DNA of 62,557 nucleotides, filler included, from Sphingomonadaceae bacterium (GCA_050261575.1; 3 parts of 3 records of this genome joined end to end with filler, not necessarily neighbours in it), one strand, 5' to 3'; positions 29,208-39,448 are shown, counted from the first letter of the whole stretch. Made by a program: numbers and translations. Notes: generated by a model not told the origin, from the letters alone.

Positions 29208-29393
29208 AATCTGTCTACTTGCCGGGAGCCCAGGAAAGGCATCGACGGTGAATGCCGCTAAGTGGGTGTCTCTGGATGCGATTCGCGTGTCCCACCACAG
29301 AATCTGACGCGAACCAGGGGTACCGGCCCAGGGCTGAAGCAACGAGTTCGCAAGCGGGTGCCCCAGGGCGGAATCCGCGCGGGAAGGGATGAG

Positions 29394-31727
29394 ATGACTG
29401 AGGTCGCTGATGTGAGCAAGGTGAGTCGTTGGAGCGAGTCCGCCATCAGGGTTCTGCGTGAGAGGTACCTCGCCAGGGATGGGGATCGGGTTGTCGAGAC
29501 CCCCGAGCAGATGTGCTGGCGCGTGGCGCTGGCTATCGCCAAGGCGGAGGCGAACTGGGGCAAGAGCGAGGAGGAGATCCGTGCCATCGCGGCCGAGTTC
29601 CGCGACCTGATGCAGGGGATGCTCTTCTTCCCCAACTCCCCGACCTTGATGAACGCCGGCAAGGACAACGGGCTCCAGTACTCGGCGTGCTACGTCCTTC
29701 CGGTGGAGGACTCTCTGGAGGGGATCTTCGAGTCGATCAAGCGGGCCGCCTTGATCCACAAGAGCGGCGGCGGCACTGGCTTCGCCTTCTCACGGCTTCG
29801 CTCCAAGGACAGCACCGTGCAGAGCACAGGCGGCAAGGCGAGCGGTCCGGTGAGCTTCATGCGGGTGTTCAACGCCGCAACTGAGGCGGTGAAGCAGGGA
29901 GGCACACGACGTGGCGCCAACATGGGCATACTGCGGGTGGATCACCCGGACATCCTGGAGTTCATCGACTGCAAGCTGGATGGCGGGATCACCAACTTCA
30001 ACATCTCCGTGGCAGTCAGCGACAGCTTCATGCGGGCGGTCGAGGAGGACGGGGATTACGGGTTGGTGGATCCGAGCACTGGAAAGGTGGTGAGGACCCT
30101 CCGCGCCCGCGAAGTGTTCGAGCGTATCGTGCGGGCGGCGTGGCGGACTGGTGATCCGGGGCTGGTGTTCGTGGATCGGGTGAACGCCAGCACGGCCAAC
30201 CCAACCCCTCAGCTCGGCCAGATCGAGGCAACCAATCCCTGCGGCGAGCAGCCGCTGCTGCCGAACGAGGCATGCAATCTTGGATCGCTGAACCTGGCCA
30301 GATTCGTGAAGGCCGGCAAGGGCAGGGCCGGCAACGGGCGATCGCCCATCGACTGGAAGGAGATGGAGCGGGTAGTCCGGCTGGCCGTCCGCTTCCTGGA
30401 CGACGTCATCGAGGTGAACCCCTATCCCCTGCCGGACATCGACCAGATGGTGAAGGGCAACCGCCGGATTGGCCTCGGTGTAATGGGCTGGGCCGACATG
30501 CTCATTCAGCTCGGCATCCCGTACGACAGCGAAGAGGCGCTTCGTCTGGCCGACGAGGTCATGGGCTTTATCAAGAGGGTGGGCCACGATGAGTCCGCGA
30601 AGCTGGCGGCGGAGCGGGGCGCTTTTCCCAACTGGCCCCGCAGCATCTACCGCGACGGCCCGCCGCTGCGGAACGCCACGGTGACGACGATCGCGCCCAC
30701 TGGGACCATCAGCATCATCGCCGGCAGCACCTCCGGCATCGAGCCTCTCTTCGCCATCGCCTTCCGCCATATCGTCGGGGACCGGCACCTCACCTTCGTG
30801 AACCCCCACTTCGAGCGCGTGGCCAAGGAGCGGGGCTTCTACAGCGAGGAGCTCATGGAGAAGGTCGTCCGGCAGGGGACGCTGCACGGCCTGGAGGAGA
30901 TACCGGAGGATGTGCGGCGCGTCTTCGTGACGGCCCACGAGGTGGCGCCGGAGTGGCACGTACGGACGCAGGCTGCCTTCCAGAAGCACGTGGATAACGG
31001 GGTCTCCAAGACGGTGAACCTCCCCAATTCTGCCACGGTGGAGGACGTGGCGGACGTGTACCGGATGGCGCACCGGCTGGGCTGTCTGGGAATCACCGTA
31101 TTTCGGGACGGCTGCAAGGGCAGCCAGGTGCTCCACGTCGGGGCGACCGGCCTGGCGGCCGAGAAACCCGAGGGGGAGGCCGAGAAGGCCCCGCAGCCCC
31201 AGACAAGGGAGAAGGTGAAGCCGCGGCCGCACGTCGTACATGGGGTGACCTATCGCGCCGAGACCCCGCTGGGCACCGCCTTCGTGACGGTGAATCAGAA
31301 CGGCAACGACGAGCCTTTCGAGGTCTTCTTGAACGTCGGCAAGGCGGGAAGCGACACCGCGGCCGTGTCGGAGGCCCTTGGGCGGCTGATTTCGATGATC
31401 CTGCGCCTGCCCTCGGCTCTCTCGCCCACGGAGCGGCTGAAGGCCATAGTGGGTCAGCTCTCGGGCATCGGTGGCGGCCGGCAGTTGGGGTTTGGCCGCA
31501 GCCGGGTACGTTCGCTGCCCGACGCCGTGGCCCAGGTGTTGGCGGAGCACCTGGGGAACACCGGCGGGGAGGAGGTCTCGTCGCCGCTCGAACCCCCGAT
31601 CCACACCGTGGAGGAGCTGGAGGCCATCGGCCGCGTGGGGGACCTCTGCCCGGAGTGCGGCCACGCGACCCTGGTGTACGAAGAGGGCTGCCAGAAGTGC
31701 TACAGTTGCGGATACTCGGAGTGCTAG
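29394..31727 (+). CDS. nrdJ: Class II (adenosylcobalamin-dependent) ribonucleotide reductase with fused C-terminal TSCPD/Zn-ribbon part, no ATP cone
   Basis: PNSPTLMNAG, SACYV, GGTRRGANMG, TNPCGEQ, EACNLGS, TIAPTGT, C-terminal CPECG..C..CGYSEC. Confidence 0.96.
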   Translation: MTEVADVSKVSRWSESAIRVLRERYLARDGDRVVETPEQMCWRVALAIAKAEANWGKSEEEIRAIAAEFRDLMQGMLFFPNSPTLMNAGKDNGLQYSACYVLPVEDSLEGIFESIKRAALIHKSGGGTGFAFSRLRSKDSTVQSTGGKASGPVSFMRVFNAATEAVKQGGTRRGANMGILRVDHPDILEFIDCKLDGGITNFNISVAVSDSFMRAVEEDGDYGLVDPSTGKVVRTLRAREVFERIVRAAWRTGDPGLVFVDRVNASTANPTPQLGQIEATNPCGEQPLLPNEACNLGSLNLARFVKAGKGRAGNGRSPIDWKEMERVVRLAVRFLDDVIEVNPYPLPDIDQMVKGNRRIGLGVMGWADMLIQLGIPYDSEEALRLADEVMGFIKRVGHDESAKLAAERGAFPNWPRSIYRDGPPLRNATVTTIAPTGTISIIAGSTSGIEPLFAIAFRHIVGDRHLTFVNPHFERVAKERGFYSEELMEKVVRQGTLHGLEEIPEDVRRVFVTAHEVAPEWHVRTQAAFQKHVDNGVSKTVNLPNSATVEDVADVYRMAHRLGCLGITVFRDGCKGSQVLHVGATGLAAEKPEGEAEKAPQPQTREKVKPRPHVVHGVTYRAETPLGTAFVTVNQNGNDEPFEVFLNVGKAGSDTAAVSEALGRLISMILRLPSALSPTERLKAIVGQLSGIGGGRQLGFGRSRVRSLPDAVAQVLAEHLGNTGGEEVSSPLEPPIHTVEELEAIGRVGDLCPECGHATLVYEEGCQKCYSCGYSEC

Positions 31728-31775
31728 CCTAAAAGCCGTGGTGGGGCTGGCCTGCCGATGGGGAGCCGCGACTTC

Positions 31776-31982
31776 GTAGGGGCCGGCGCCACTGCCGGCC
31801 CGATCGGGCGGCGGGGGCTCGTCCCCCGCCCTACACCATCGAATCCACGCAACGGCGCACCAAGTGGTCCCTCGGGGATAGCAGTACAACTGTCACGCAG
31901 CGCGAGGCGCAGCGTCTCCTCGTCCTGAGCCTGCTCGGCTTGCCTGCAGATAGTGAATCCTTCGCAGATGCTCAGGATGGCG
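31776..31982. repeat. Cluster of REP-like elements between convergent genes
   Basis: GTAGGGGCCGG...CCGCCCTAC (31776-31834) and TGTCAC...ATCCTTCGC...CTCAGGATG (31891-31982). Confidence 0.5.
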
Positions 31983-32057
31983 AGTAGTGCGCTGGGGCTC
32001 ACTCGGGGGCCGCACGGCAGGGCAGAACGCTCCTTCCCCTCCGCGCGGCCTGCGCCT

Positions 32058-33332
32058 CTATAGCAGCAGGTAGGGCTCCTCCAGGAGCTGCTTCACCCGC
32101 TGGAGGAACCGGGCGGCGGGGGCGCCGTCCACGATCCGGTGGTCGAAGGAGAGCGAGAGGGTCATCACCGTCCGCAGCACCATCTGGCCGTCGATGCCCA
32201 CCGGCTTCTCCACCATCCGCCCCACTCCCAGGATCGCCGCCTCCGGCGGGTTGACGATGGGGGTGAAGGAATCGACCCCGAACATCCCCAGGTTGGTGAT
32301 GGTGAAGGTGCCGCCGGTGATCTCCTCCAGGGAGAGGCGGTCCTCCCGTGCCCGACCGACCAGGCGCGCCAGCTCGGAGGAGATCTCCGGGAGGGTCTTT
32401 CGATCGGCGTCGTGGAGCACGGGCACCACCAGCCCGTCCTCCACCGCGACAGCCACGCCCACGTTGATCGGCTCCACGAGGAAGATGCCCTGCTCCGTCC
32501 AGCGGGCGTTCAAGTAGGGGTGCTCCACCAGCGCGGTAGCCACCACCTTGACCAGGATGTCGTTGTAGCTGAGGCGGATCCCCTGTGGTTCGTACGCGGG
32601 CAGGAGACGACTCCGCAGCCGAACCATCTCGCCTGCGTCCACCTCCATGTTCATGGTGAGCCTTGCCACGGTCCGGGCCGAGAGCGACATCCGCTGGGCG
32701 GTGATACGCCGCTTGCGGCCCAACGGCACCAGTCGACCCGGCAGCCCCGCCTCGACGATGGTGGGGCCGGGCGCCCCCGCAGCCCCACCCGCGGGGGCAT
32801 CAGCGGTAGGTGTACCCCGCTGCGCGGCGAACGCGCGAACGTCGTCGCTCTGGATGCGCCCACCGGGGCCCGTGCCTCGCACCTCTGCGAGGTCCACTCC
32901 CAGTTCCCTTGCCACCCGCCGTGCTGCGGGTGAGGCCCGAATCGCGCGGCGCTCGACCGCAGGCATGGTGGTGGTGGGTGCGGACTGCTCCATCTTCGGC
33001 TGATCTGCCCCCGCCTCCTGGCCGTCTGGCTGGACCGGAACCTCCGATCGGCCGTCGGGTTGGATTGGGGCCACTTCGTAGACTTCCTCGGGCTCGTCGG
33101 CCTCGATGAGGGCAATGGTCTGGGTGACCGGTACCGCTGTACCCTCGCCATGCAGGATCTGCTTGAGCAACCCCTTGGCCGGAGAGGTGAGTTCGGTCGT
33201 TGCCTTGTCGGTCTCGACGACGACGACAGGCTCGTCCTTGGCGACCCTATCTCCTTCGGCCCTGAGCCACTTCTGGATTACGGCTCCCTCCATGTCGAGA
33301 CCGAGGGTGGGCATGATCATCTTTCGGAGCAT
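32058..33332 (-). CDS. Dihydrolipoamide acyltransferase (E2) of a 2-oxoacid/acetoin dehydrogenase
   Basis: Lipoyl ETDKA, ASPAARR..GTGPGGRI binding domain, GGTFTITNLG, DHRIVDG. Confidence 0.95.
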   Translation of the reverse strand: MLRKMIMPTLGLDMEGAVIQKWLRAEGDRVAKDEPVVVVETDKATTELTSPAKGLLKQILHGEGTAVPVTQTIALIEADEPEEVYEVAPIQPDGRSEVPVQPDGQEAGADQPKMEQSAPTTTMPAVERRAIRASPAARRVARELGVDLAEVRGTGPGGRIQSDDVRAFAAQRGTPTADAPAGGAAGAPGPTIVEAGLPGRLVPLGRKRRITAQRMSLSARTVARLTMNMEVDAGEMVRLRSRLLPAYEPQGIRLSYNDILVKVVATALVEHPYLNARWTEQGIFLVEPINVGVAVAVEDGLVVPVLHDADRKTLPEISSELARLVGRAREDRLSLEEITGGTFTITNLGMFGVDSFTPIVNPPEAAILGVGRMVEKPVGIDGQMVLRTVMTLSLSFDHRIVDGAPAARFLQRVKQLLEEPYLLL

Positions 33333-33369
33333 GATCGCCTCCTATCGGCTGGAAGATGTGAGGTCCCGC

Positions 33370-35370
33370 TCACCTGCCAAGCAGGCCGCGGACGGCGTCG
33401 ATAAGGCGCGTCTCGCCGGGAAGCACCACTGCCTCGAGGGCCGGCGACGCTGGCAGAGGCACGGTGGTTCCGATCACTTTGATGGGCGCTTCGAGGTAGT
33501 CGAAAGCAGCTTCGCCCACTACCCGGGCGATCTCGGCGCCGAAGCCGGAGGCTACCGGCGCCTCTTGGAAGACTATCAGCCTGCCCGTCCGCTGCACCGA
33601 GGTGGCGACCGTCTCCACGTCGAATGGTATCAGGGTGCGGGGGTCGATCACCTCGATCTCGATCCCCTCTTTCGCGAGTGTCTCGGCCGCGGCCAGTGCC
33701 TTGGGCACCATCGCGGCGAGCGCTACCACTGTCACGTCTCGGCCGGCTCTCTTGATGTCGGCTTTTCCGAAAGGGATGGCGTATTCTCCCGCCGGCACCG
33801 GCCCCTTCGTTCGATAGAGCATCTTGTGCTCGACGAAGACTACGGGATTGGGGTCGCGGATGGCCGTCTTCAGCAGCCCCTTGTAGTCGTACGGGGTGGA
33901 GGGCATCACCACTTTCAGCCCCGGCACGTGCGCGAACCACCCCTCGAGGCTCTGGGAGTGGGTGGGGCCGTCGGCAGCGCTCCCCCCGCCCCCCTCCGTG
34001 CGGATCACTATTGGGACCGTCTGCTTCCCTCCGCTCATGTAGTGGGCTTTGGCAGCGACGTTGACTATGGGATCCATGGCGAGGGTGATGAAGTCCACGT
34101 AGCTGATCTCGGCTATGGTCGGCACGCCCGCCAGGGCGGCGGCGACGGCCGCGGCGGTGAAGCCGTTCTCTGAGATGGGGGTGTCCAATATCCTGCCGGG
34201 TCCGAACCGATCCAGCAGCCCCTTGCTGACGCCAAAGGGGCCGCCGCGAGCGCCGATGTCCTCCCCCAGCATGATCAGGCGGGGATCTCGTTCCATCTCC
34301 TCGCGTATCGCCTCGTTGAGGGCCTGAAGGACGCTGAGCTGCCGAACCTCCCCGGAAGGCTCCGTGATCTCCGGTACGTAGGCGGGTGCGTAGAGGTGGG
34401 AATACGCCTCATCTGGCGAGGGGTCGGGCGCGGAGAGCGTGAAGGCTACGGCCTCCTCCAACTGCCTGCGGCTCTCTCTCTCCAGGGCCGAGATCTCCTC
34501 CTCAGTGCAGGCGTTCGATTCCAGGAGGAAGCGGCGGAAACGGGGCAGCGGGTCTCGCTTCTTCCACTCGGCCACCTCGTCCCGGTCTCGGTACCCTGTA
34601 CCAGGGTCGCCGGTGCTGTGGCCGCCCCACCGGTAGGTCATCGCCTCGATGAGGGTGGGACCCTTCCCCGCCCGCGCGCGCTCGGCTGCCTCGGCGACCG
34701 CCCGGTAGACGGCCAGGGGGTCCATCCCGTCGATCACCACCCCCGGGATGCCGTAGGCCGGAGCCCTGTCCGCCACCTGCTTCACCCGCATCACGTTCTC
34801 CTGCTTGGTGAAAATGGCGTACTGGTTGTTCTCGCAGACGAAGATGACCGGGAGATCCCAAATGGCGGCCAGGTTCAGCCCTTCGTGGAAGGTGCCCTGG
34901 TTGGAGGCGCCATCTCCGAAGAAGGCCACGGCCAGCCGTCCCTTACCCTCTACCTTGGCGGCGAGCGCCCCACCGACGGCCATCGTGATGGACTCGCCGA
35001 CGATGGGGAATGCACCGAGCATCCCGTGGTCAAAGTCGGCCACGTGCATCGATCCTCCCTTGCCCCGACAGAAGCCCGCGCTCTTCCCGCCCAACTCTGC
35101 CATGGCGCCCAGCAGATCGCGGCCGCGACCTATGGCGTGGCCGTGGCCGCGGTGGGTGCTCGTGACGTAGTCGTCGTCCCTCAGGGCAGCGAGGGTCGCT
35201 GCGGCGACCGCCTCCTGGCCGGAGTAGAGGTGCCCTCGCCGAGGCAGTTGTCCCGCCTGGAACATCTCGTGGGCTCGCTCCTCGAAGGAGCGGATCAGCA
35301 GCATGCGTTGGTAGATGTCGAGAAGCTTCTCCTTCCCGATGACCTGTTCGGTGATGGCGATGTCGGCCAT
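33370..35370 (-). CDS. Fused E1 alpha/beta subunit of a ThDP-dependent 2-oxoacid/acetoin dehydrogenase
   Basis: STHRGHGH, GKGGSMH, GDGASNQG...ENNQY, YR..GHS; beta part DTPISE, HSQS, EHK.LY, IDPRTL.PFD. Confidence 0.94.
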   Translation of the reverse strand: MADIAITEQVIGKEKLLDIYQRMLLIRSFEERAHEMFQAGQLPRRGHLYSGQEAVAAATLAALRDDDYVTSTHRGHGHAIGRGRDLLGAMAELGGKSAGFCRGKGGSMHVADFDHGMLGAFPIVGESITMAVGGALAAKVEGKGRLAVAFFGDGASNQGTFHEGLNLAAIWDLPVIFVCENNQYAIFTKQENVMRVKQVADRAPAYGIPGVVIDGMDPLAVYRAVAEAAERARAGKGPTLIEAMTYRWGGHSTGDPGTGYRDRDEVAEWKKRDPLPRFRRFLLESNACTEEEISALERESRRQLEEAVAFTLSAPDPSPDEAYSHLYAPAYVPEITEPSGEVRQLSVLQALNEAIREEMERDPRLIMLGEDIGARGGPFGVSKGLLDRFGPGRILDTPISENGFTAAAVAAALAGVPTIAEISYVDFITLAMDPIVNVAAKAHYMSGGKQTVPIVIRTEGGGGSAADGPTHSQSLEGWFAHVPGLKVVMPSTPYDYKGLLKTAIRDPNPVVFVEHKMLYRTKGPVPAGEYAIPFGKADIKRAGRDVTVVALAAMVPKALAAAETLAKEGIEIEVIDPRTLIPFDVETVATSVQRTGRLIVFQEAPVASGFGAEIARVVGEAAFDYLEAPIKVIGTTVPLPASPALEAVVLPGETRLIDAVRGLLGR

Positions 35371-35479
35371 TACTGCACCCCCCGGTCTCCTCTCCTTATC
35401 GATGAGGAGGTCAGCCTGGCTACGGTTAGGATCGCGTTGGGGACCCGTGGTTACTCCGCTGGGGAGCGCTACCGGCGGA

Positions 35480-36472
35480 TCACCTGCTGCCATTCCCGCT
35501 GAAGCGCTGGCGGAAGAGGCGGGCGCCCTCAGCGCCGAACTGCTCCAGCAGCTCCTTCGGCGGCCTGCGCCCCTCGTCGAAGTAGTACCTCGCGGCGTGC
35601 CCGGCGACGTAGGTGCCCACGTAGGCGATCGCCATCTTGGGCGCTGCTGCCAGCAAGGTCGGGAGCATGCCCACCGCCATTCGTGCGGCGGCACGCCACA
35701 GGAGTCCACCACCGATCACGGGGGCGATCTCGCTCGCTATCCGCATCGAGAGCTCCAAGTCGCGACCATAGATGGCGCCGAGCCGCAGGGCCAGCATCGC
35801 CTGGTTCTTCGTGAGCACGAAGAAGTCTGCGACGTTCCCTGCGACCCCGCCAAGGAAGGGCAGGTTCGCCGGCAGGTTGGCGGCAAGGGCGAACTGGGTG
35901 TTTACCCGGCAGGTCTCCGCGATGATCTGATCGGCAACCGCGCGCCGCAGCGGAGGGATCTGCCGCGCAAGGGCAGTCCGCAGCTCAGGGATGCTCTCCA
36001 GGATCATCGGACCGACCTTCTCCTGGACCTGCAGACGCTCTCGTGCGTCGACGAAGGCCATCCTCAGGTGGGACACGAAGGAGAATGCCCTGTAGGCGGT
36101 ATTCCGCTCGTCCCGGCTGCACCGGGTGGCGTCGGCGTGTGTGAAAACCACCAGCACAGGAACCCGAAATCGCCGACCGAAGACGGTGGCCGCCCATGCA
36201 GCCTGCTCGGTGAGGTCGCGATCCAGTCTGACCACCAGGAGGATCAGGTCGGCGCTTTCGACGCCGAGGAGTTGGCCCTGTCGGTAGTCGACGTCGACGA
36301 GCCTGAAAGGGCCGTGGACCCAGCTTCCGGGCTCCGCCCCCATGAGAGCCTCCGCGAGGGTCCGTTTCCCGGATCCCGGCTCACCCACCAGCCACAGCTC
36401 GGAGTGGGCCGAGGCTTCGCGCTCGATCCCCTCGGGGTTGAACTCTCGAACCACTCGCCAGAAGTCTCCCAT
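35480..36472 (-). CDS. Hypothetical protein: degenerate P-loop GTPase-like N-terminus plus DUF697/YcjF-like C-terminus
   Basis: LVGEPGSGKRTL; ADFFVLTKNQ.ML.LRL..IYG and G..WR..AR....LP pattern. Confidence 0.65.
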   Translation of the reverse strand: MGDFWRVVREFNPEGIEREASAHSELWLVGEPGSGKRTLAEALMGAEPGSWVHGPFRLVDVDYRQGQLLGVESADLILLVVRLDRDLTEQAAWAATVFGRRFRVPVLVVFTHADATRCSRDERNTAYRAFSFVSHLRMAFVDARERLQVQEKVGPMILESIPELRTALARQIPPLRRAVADQIIAETCRVNTQFALAANLPANLPFLGGVAGNVADFFVLTKNQAMLALRLGAIYGRDLELSMRIASEIAPVIGGGLLWRAAARMAVGMLPTLLAAAPKMAIAYVGTYVAGHAARYYFDEGRRPPKELLEQFGAEGARLFRQRFSGNGSR

Positions 36473-36801
36473 AGCGGCAATGCCACCAAACCTCATCGGG
36501 CCACCATCCTACTAGGACGCTAGACGTGAAAGGGCTTCCGTCGCCCCTTTTCAGCTATTCTAACACCGTCCCAGAAGCGTCTGCCACCGGAGGAGCGATC
36601 CTAGGGACGGTGGGGATGCGCCGGAGCCGCCCCGGGTTGGAGTGCTAACAGAGCAGTGGAGGGGCATGCCCGCCCGCTATTGGCGCCACTTCTGAGTCGT
36701 ATGCCTATCAGTAAGCTGCTGTTGCTGCAGAATGCCTTTGGCGTAGCTCGTCTTGGAATAGGATAAGGCGGCCGCAGAGCGGGCAAGGCCGCGCAATTCG
36801 C

Positions 36802-36831
36802 TTGACAACTCTGTAAGGCAGCAAGTAAACT
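36802..36831 (+). promoter_or_regulatory. Candidate sigma70 promoter for the liv operon
   Basis: TTGACA-18bp-TAAACT, about 400 bp upstream of livK. Confidence 0.5.
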
Positions 36832-37238
36832 GACCCGACTATTACGAAGACTGGCCTTGGCCACAGCTACCGAGAACCCGCTCCTGCGGGTCTGCCCGGC
36901 CGGTAGCTAGGTGCATCGCCTTCGGTTTTCGCGATAGCACGGGGTTCGTGGACTCGGCCCTCTTGTTTGCCCAGCCGTTCTCGCCATCGAAGTTGATGGC
37001 GTGTGTGTCGCTGCGTCCTTATATTCGGACTGACAAGTCTTAGCCATGCAGCGCGGCATGGTCCGTCAAGGGGAAAGGGGTGGCGAAGCCTCGGGAAGTG
37101 GCGCCTCTTCGGCTCGACGCTGTCGGGCAAGAGGTGGCATTTGGGGTAGGCACCCGGCAATCTTGGCATGGCGACGTCTCGACGATTTCTCGCGCTGCTG
37201 ACTAAGAATGGCTGGCGCGCATACCAAGGAGGTTTCAG

Positions 37239-38480
37239 GTGAGGCATCTCAAGCCTGGACTGATAGCACTGGCTGTAGCCGCGCTGGTAGGATTGGTCGG
37301 ATGCTCTTCCTCGGCGCCCGCTCCCGCCGCGACTCAGGCACCTGCAAAGGCGGCGGAGCCCACGAAGGCTTCGGCACCTGCTGCAGCGGCACCGACTTCT
37401 GCCCCGGCGGCTCAGTCCGCGGGCAAGGGCGTGGCGATCAAGATCGGGGTCATCGCCCCGATGTCCGGCGACGTGAAGACGTTCGGTGAGTCCACCAAGA
37501 ATGGCTTCGACCTGGCGGTCGAGGAGGCCAACAAGTCCGGCAAAGTCAACATCACGGCGGTGGTGGCCGACGACAAGAACGACCCCACCGAGGGCGTGAA
37601 CGCGGCTACCAAGCTGATCAACCAGGACAAGGTCAAGGCGATCGTGGGATCGGTATCCTCAAAGGTGTCCATCCCCGTATCCGAAGTGGCGCAGGCCAAC
37701 AAGGTGGTCATGATCTCGGGCACCTCCACCAACCCGAAGGTAACCGTGGACGGCGGCAAGCGGAAGGACTTCGTCTTCCGCTCCTGCTTCATCGACCCGT
37801 TCCAGGGCACGGTGATGGCCAAGTTCGCCCTCAACACCCTGAAGGCGAAGACGGCTGCAGTGATCTTCGACGTTGGCAACGACTACACCAAGGGCCTGGC
37901 CGAGTTCTTCAAGGAGGCATTCGAGAAGGGTGGCGGCAAGGTCACCAGCTACGACTCCTACGGGAAGGACGACGTCGACTTCTCGGCGATCCTGACCAAG
38001 GTGGCCTCCAACAACCCGGACGTCGTGTTCCTGCCCGACTACTACAACAAGGTCAGCCTCATCGGGAAGCAGGCTCGGGAGAAGGGCGTGAAGGGCGTCT
38101 TCCTGGGCGGCGACGGTTGGGACTCTTCCGACCTGGATGTCAAGGCCATGGAGGGCGGATACTTCAGCAACCACTACAGCGCCGAGGATCAGCGCCCCGA
38201 GGTGCAGACTTGGGTTAAGAAGTACCAGGAGAAGTACAAGTCTGTGCCCGATGCCCTGGCGACCCTGGCCTACGACGCGACCAGCCTGCTGATCAACGCG
38301 ATCGTGGTCGCCGGCAGCGACGACACGACCAAGATCAAGGATGCGATGGCTGCCACCAAGGACTTCCAGACGGTCTCCGGCACCATCACCTTCGACAAGG
38401 ATGGCAACCCCGTGAAGGCGGCTGCCGTACTGCAGATCAAGGACGGGAAGCAGAAGTTCGTGGAGAGTGTCAACCCGTAA
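37239..38480 (+). CDS. livK: Branched-chain amino acid ABC transporter substrate-binding lipoprotein
   Basis: Lipobox LVGC, IKIGVIAPMSG, FRSCFIDPFQG, GGDGWD, ALAYDA-like; AAGGAGG RBS. Confidence 0.92.
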   Translation: MRHLKPGLIALAVAALVGLVGCSSSAPAPAATQAPAKAAEPTKASAPAAAAPTSAPAAQSAGKGVAIKIGVIAPMSGDVKTFGESTKNGFDLAVEEANKSGKVNITAVVADDKNDPTEGVNAATKLINQDKVKAIVGSVSSKVSIPVSEVAQANKVVMISGTSTNPKVTVDGGKRKDFVFRSCFIDPFQGTVMAKFALNTLKAKTAAVIFDVGNDYTKGLAEFFKEAFEKGGGKVTSYDSYGKDDVDFSAILTKVASNNPDVVFLPDYYNKVSLIGKQAREKGVKGVFLGGDGWDSSDLDVKAMEGGYFSNHYSAEDQRPEVQTWVKKYQEKYKSVPDALATLAYDATSLLINAIVVAGSDDTTKIKDAMAATKDFQTVSGTITFDKDGNPVKAAAVLQIKDGKQKFVESVNP

Positions 38481-38496
38481 CCGCACGGGAATCGGG

Positions 38497-38520
38497 GCGA
38501 GGAGCCGTACGGCTCCTCGC
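38497..38520 (+). other. Perfect 24-bp palindrome after the SBP gene (mRNA-stabilising or partial terminator hairpin)
   Basis: GCGAGGAGCCGT/ACGGCTCCTCGC. Confidence 0.6.
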
Positions 38521-38544
38521 TTCTCCCGTTTCAGGAGTTACCAC

Positions 38545-39438
38545 ATGGGGGATGTCGGCTACCTAGCCCAGCAGGTGATCAACGGACTGCAGCTCGGTCT
38601 GGTATACGCGCTGATCGCACTGGGTTACACCATGGTTTACGGCATTATCAGGCTCATCAACTTCGCCCACGGCGACGTGTTCATGGTCGGTGCGTTCGTG
38701 GGCTTCTTCGTGATCGGCACCTTCCACCAGTCCTTCCTGGTCGCCATTCTCGCGGCCATGGTGGTGTGCATGGTTCTCGCCGTGACGATCGAGCGCTTCG
38801 CCTACAGGCCGCTGCGGAGGGCGCCTCGGATCGCCTCCCTCATCACTGCGATCGGTGTCTCGATCTTCTTGGAATACTTCACCAGCCTCAAGTTCGTCTT
38901 CGGGCCCAACATCCGCACCTTCCCGCGGCCCTTCGAAGTAGTCACATGGAACATTGGGGGTCTGAATATCACCAGTATTCAGATCATGGTTCTGGCGGTG
39001 ACCCTTCTGATGCTGGCCCTGCTGCAGTTCGTCGTGTACCGGACGAAGATGGGGATGGCGATGCGGGGCGTCTCGTTTGACTTCGATACGGCGAAGCTGA
39101 TGGGGATCAACGTCGACGTGGTGGTTTCCTTCACCTTCGCCCTCGGTTCCGCGCTGGCGGGCGCAGGCGGCGTCCTGTTCGCGATCGCCTACCCGCAGGT
39201 CCAGCCGTTCATGGGGATCATGCCCGGCCTCAAGGCCTTCGTGGCCGCTGTGCTAGGCGGCATCGGGATCATCCCGGGCGCGATGCTGGGAGCGCTGATC
39301 ATGGGCCAGGCCGAGGTGCTGACGGCCGCCTTCGTCTCCACCACCTGGAAGGATGCCGTTGCGTTCGCCATCCTGATCGTGGTGCTGATGTTGAAGCCAA
39401 CGGGTCTGTTGGGCAAGCGCGGCACGGACAAGGTCTAG
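38545..39438 (+). CDS. livH: BCAA ABC permease
   Basis: NGLQLG.VYALIALGYTMVYGI.RLINFAHG, GLKAFVAAVLGG. Confidence 0.95.
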   Translation: MGDVGYLAQQVINGLQLGLVYALIALGYTMVYGIIRLINFAHGDVFMVGAFVGFFVIGTFHQSFLVAILAAMVVCMVLAVTIERFAYRPLRRAPRIASLITAIGVSIFLEYFTSLKFVFGPNIRTFPRPFEVVTWNIGGLNITSIQIMVLAVTLLMLALLQFVVYRTKMGMAMRGVSFDFDTAKLMGINVDVVVSFTFALGSALAGAGGVLFAIAYPQVQPFMGIMPGLKAFVAAVLGGIGIIPGAMLGALIMGQAEVLTAAFVSTTWKDAVAFAILIVVLMLKPTGLLGKRGTDKV

Positions 39439-39448
39439 GAGGCAACGG

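Noticed and set aside
29208..29393. Canonical cobalamin riboswitch before nrdJ
   Set aside because: No recognisable B12-box or GCCACTG/GGGAAG core arrangement; kept only as an unknown structured leader
33020..33075. Short duplication (QPDG x2) in the E2 linker
   Set aside because: Ordinary variation in a flexible E2 linker
36832..37238. T-box leader for the liv operon
   Set aside because: No TGGNACC T-box bulge followed by a terminator was seen
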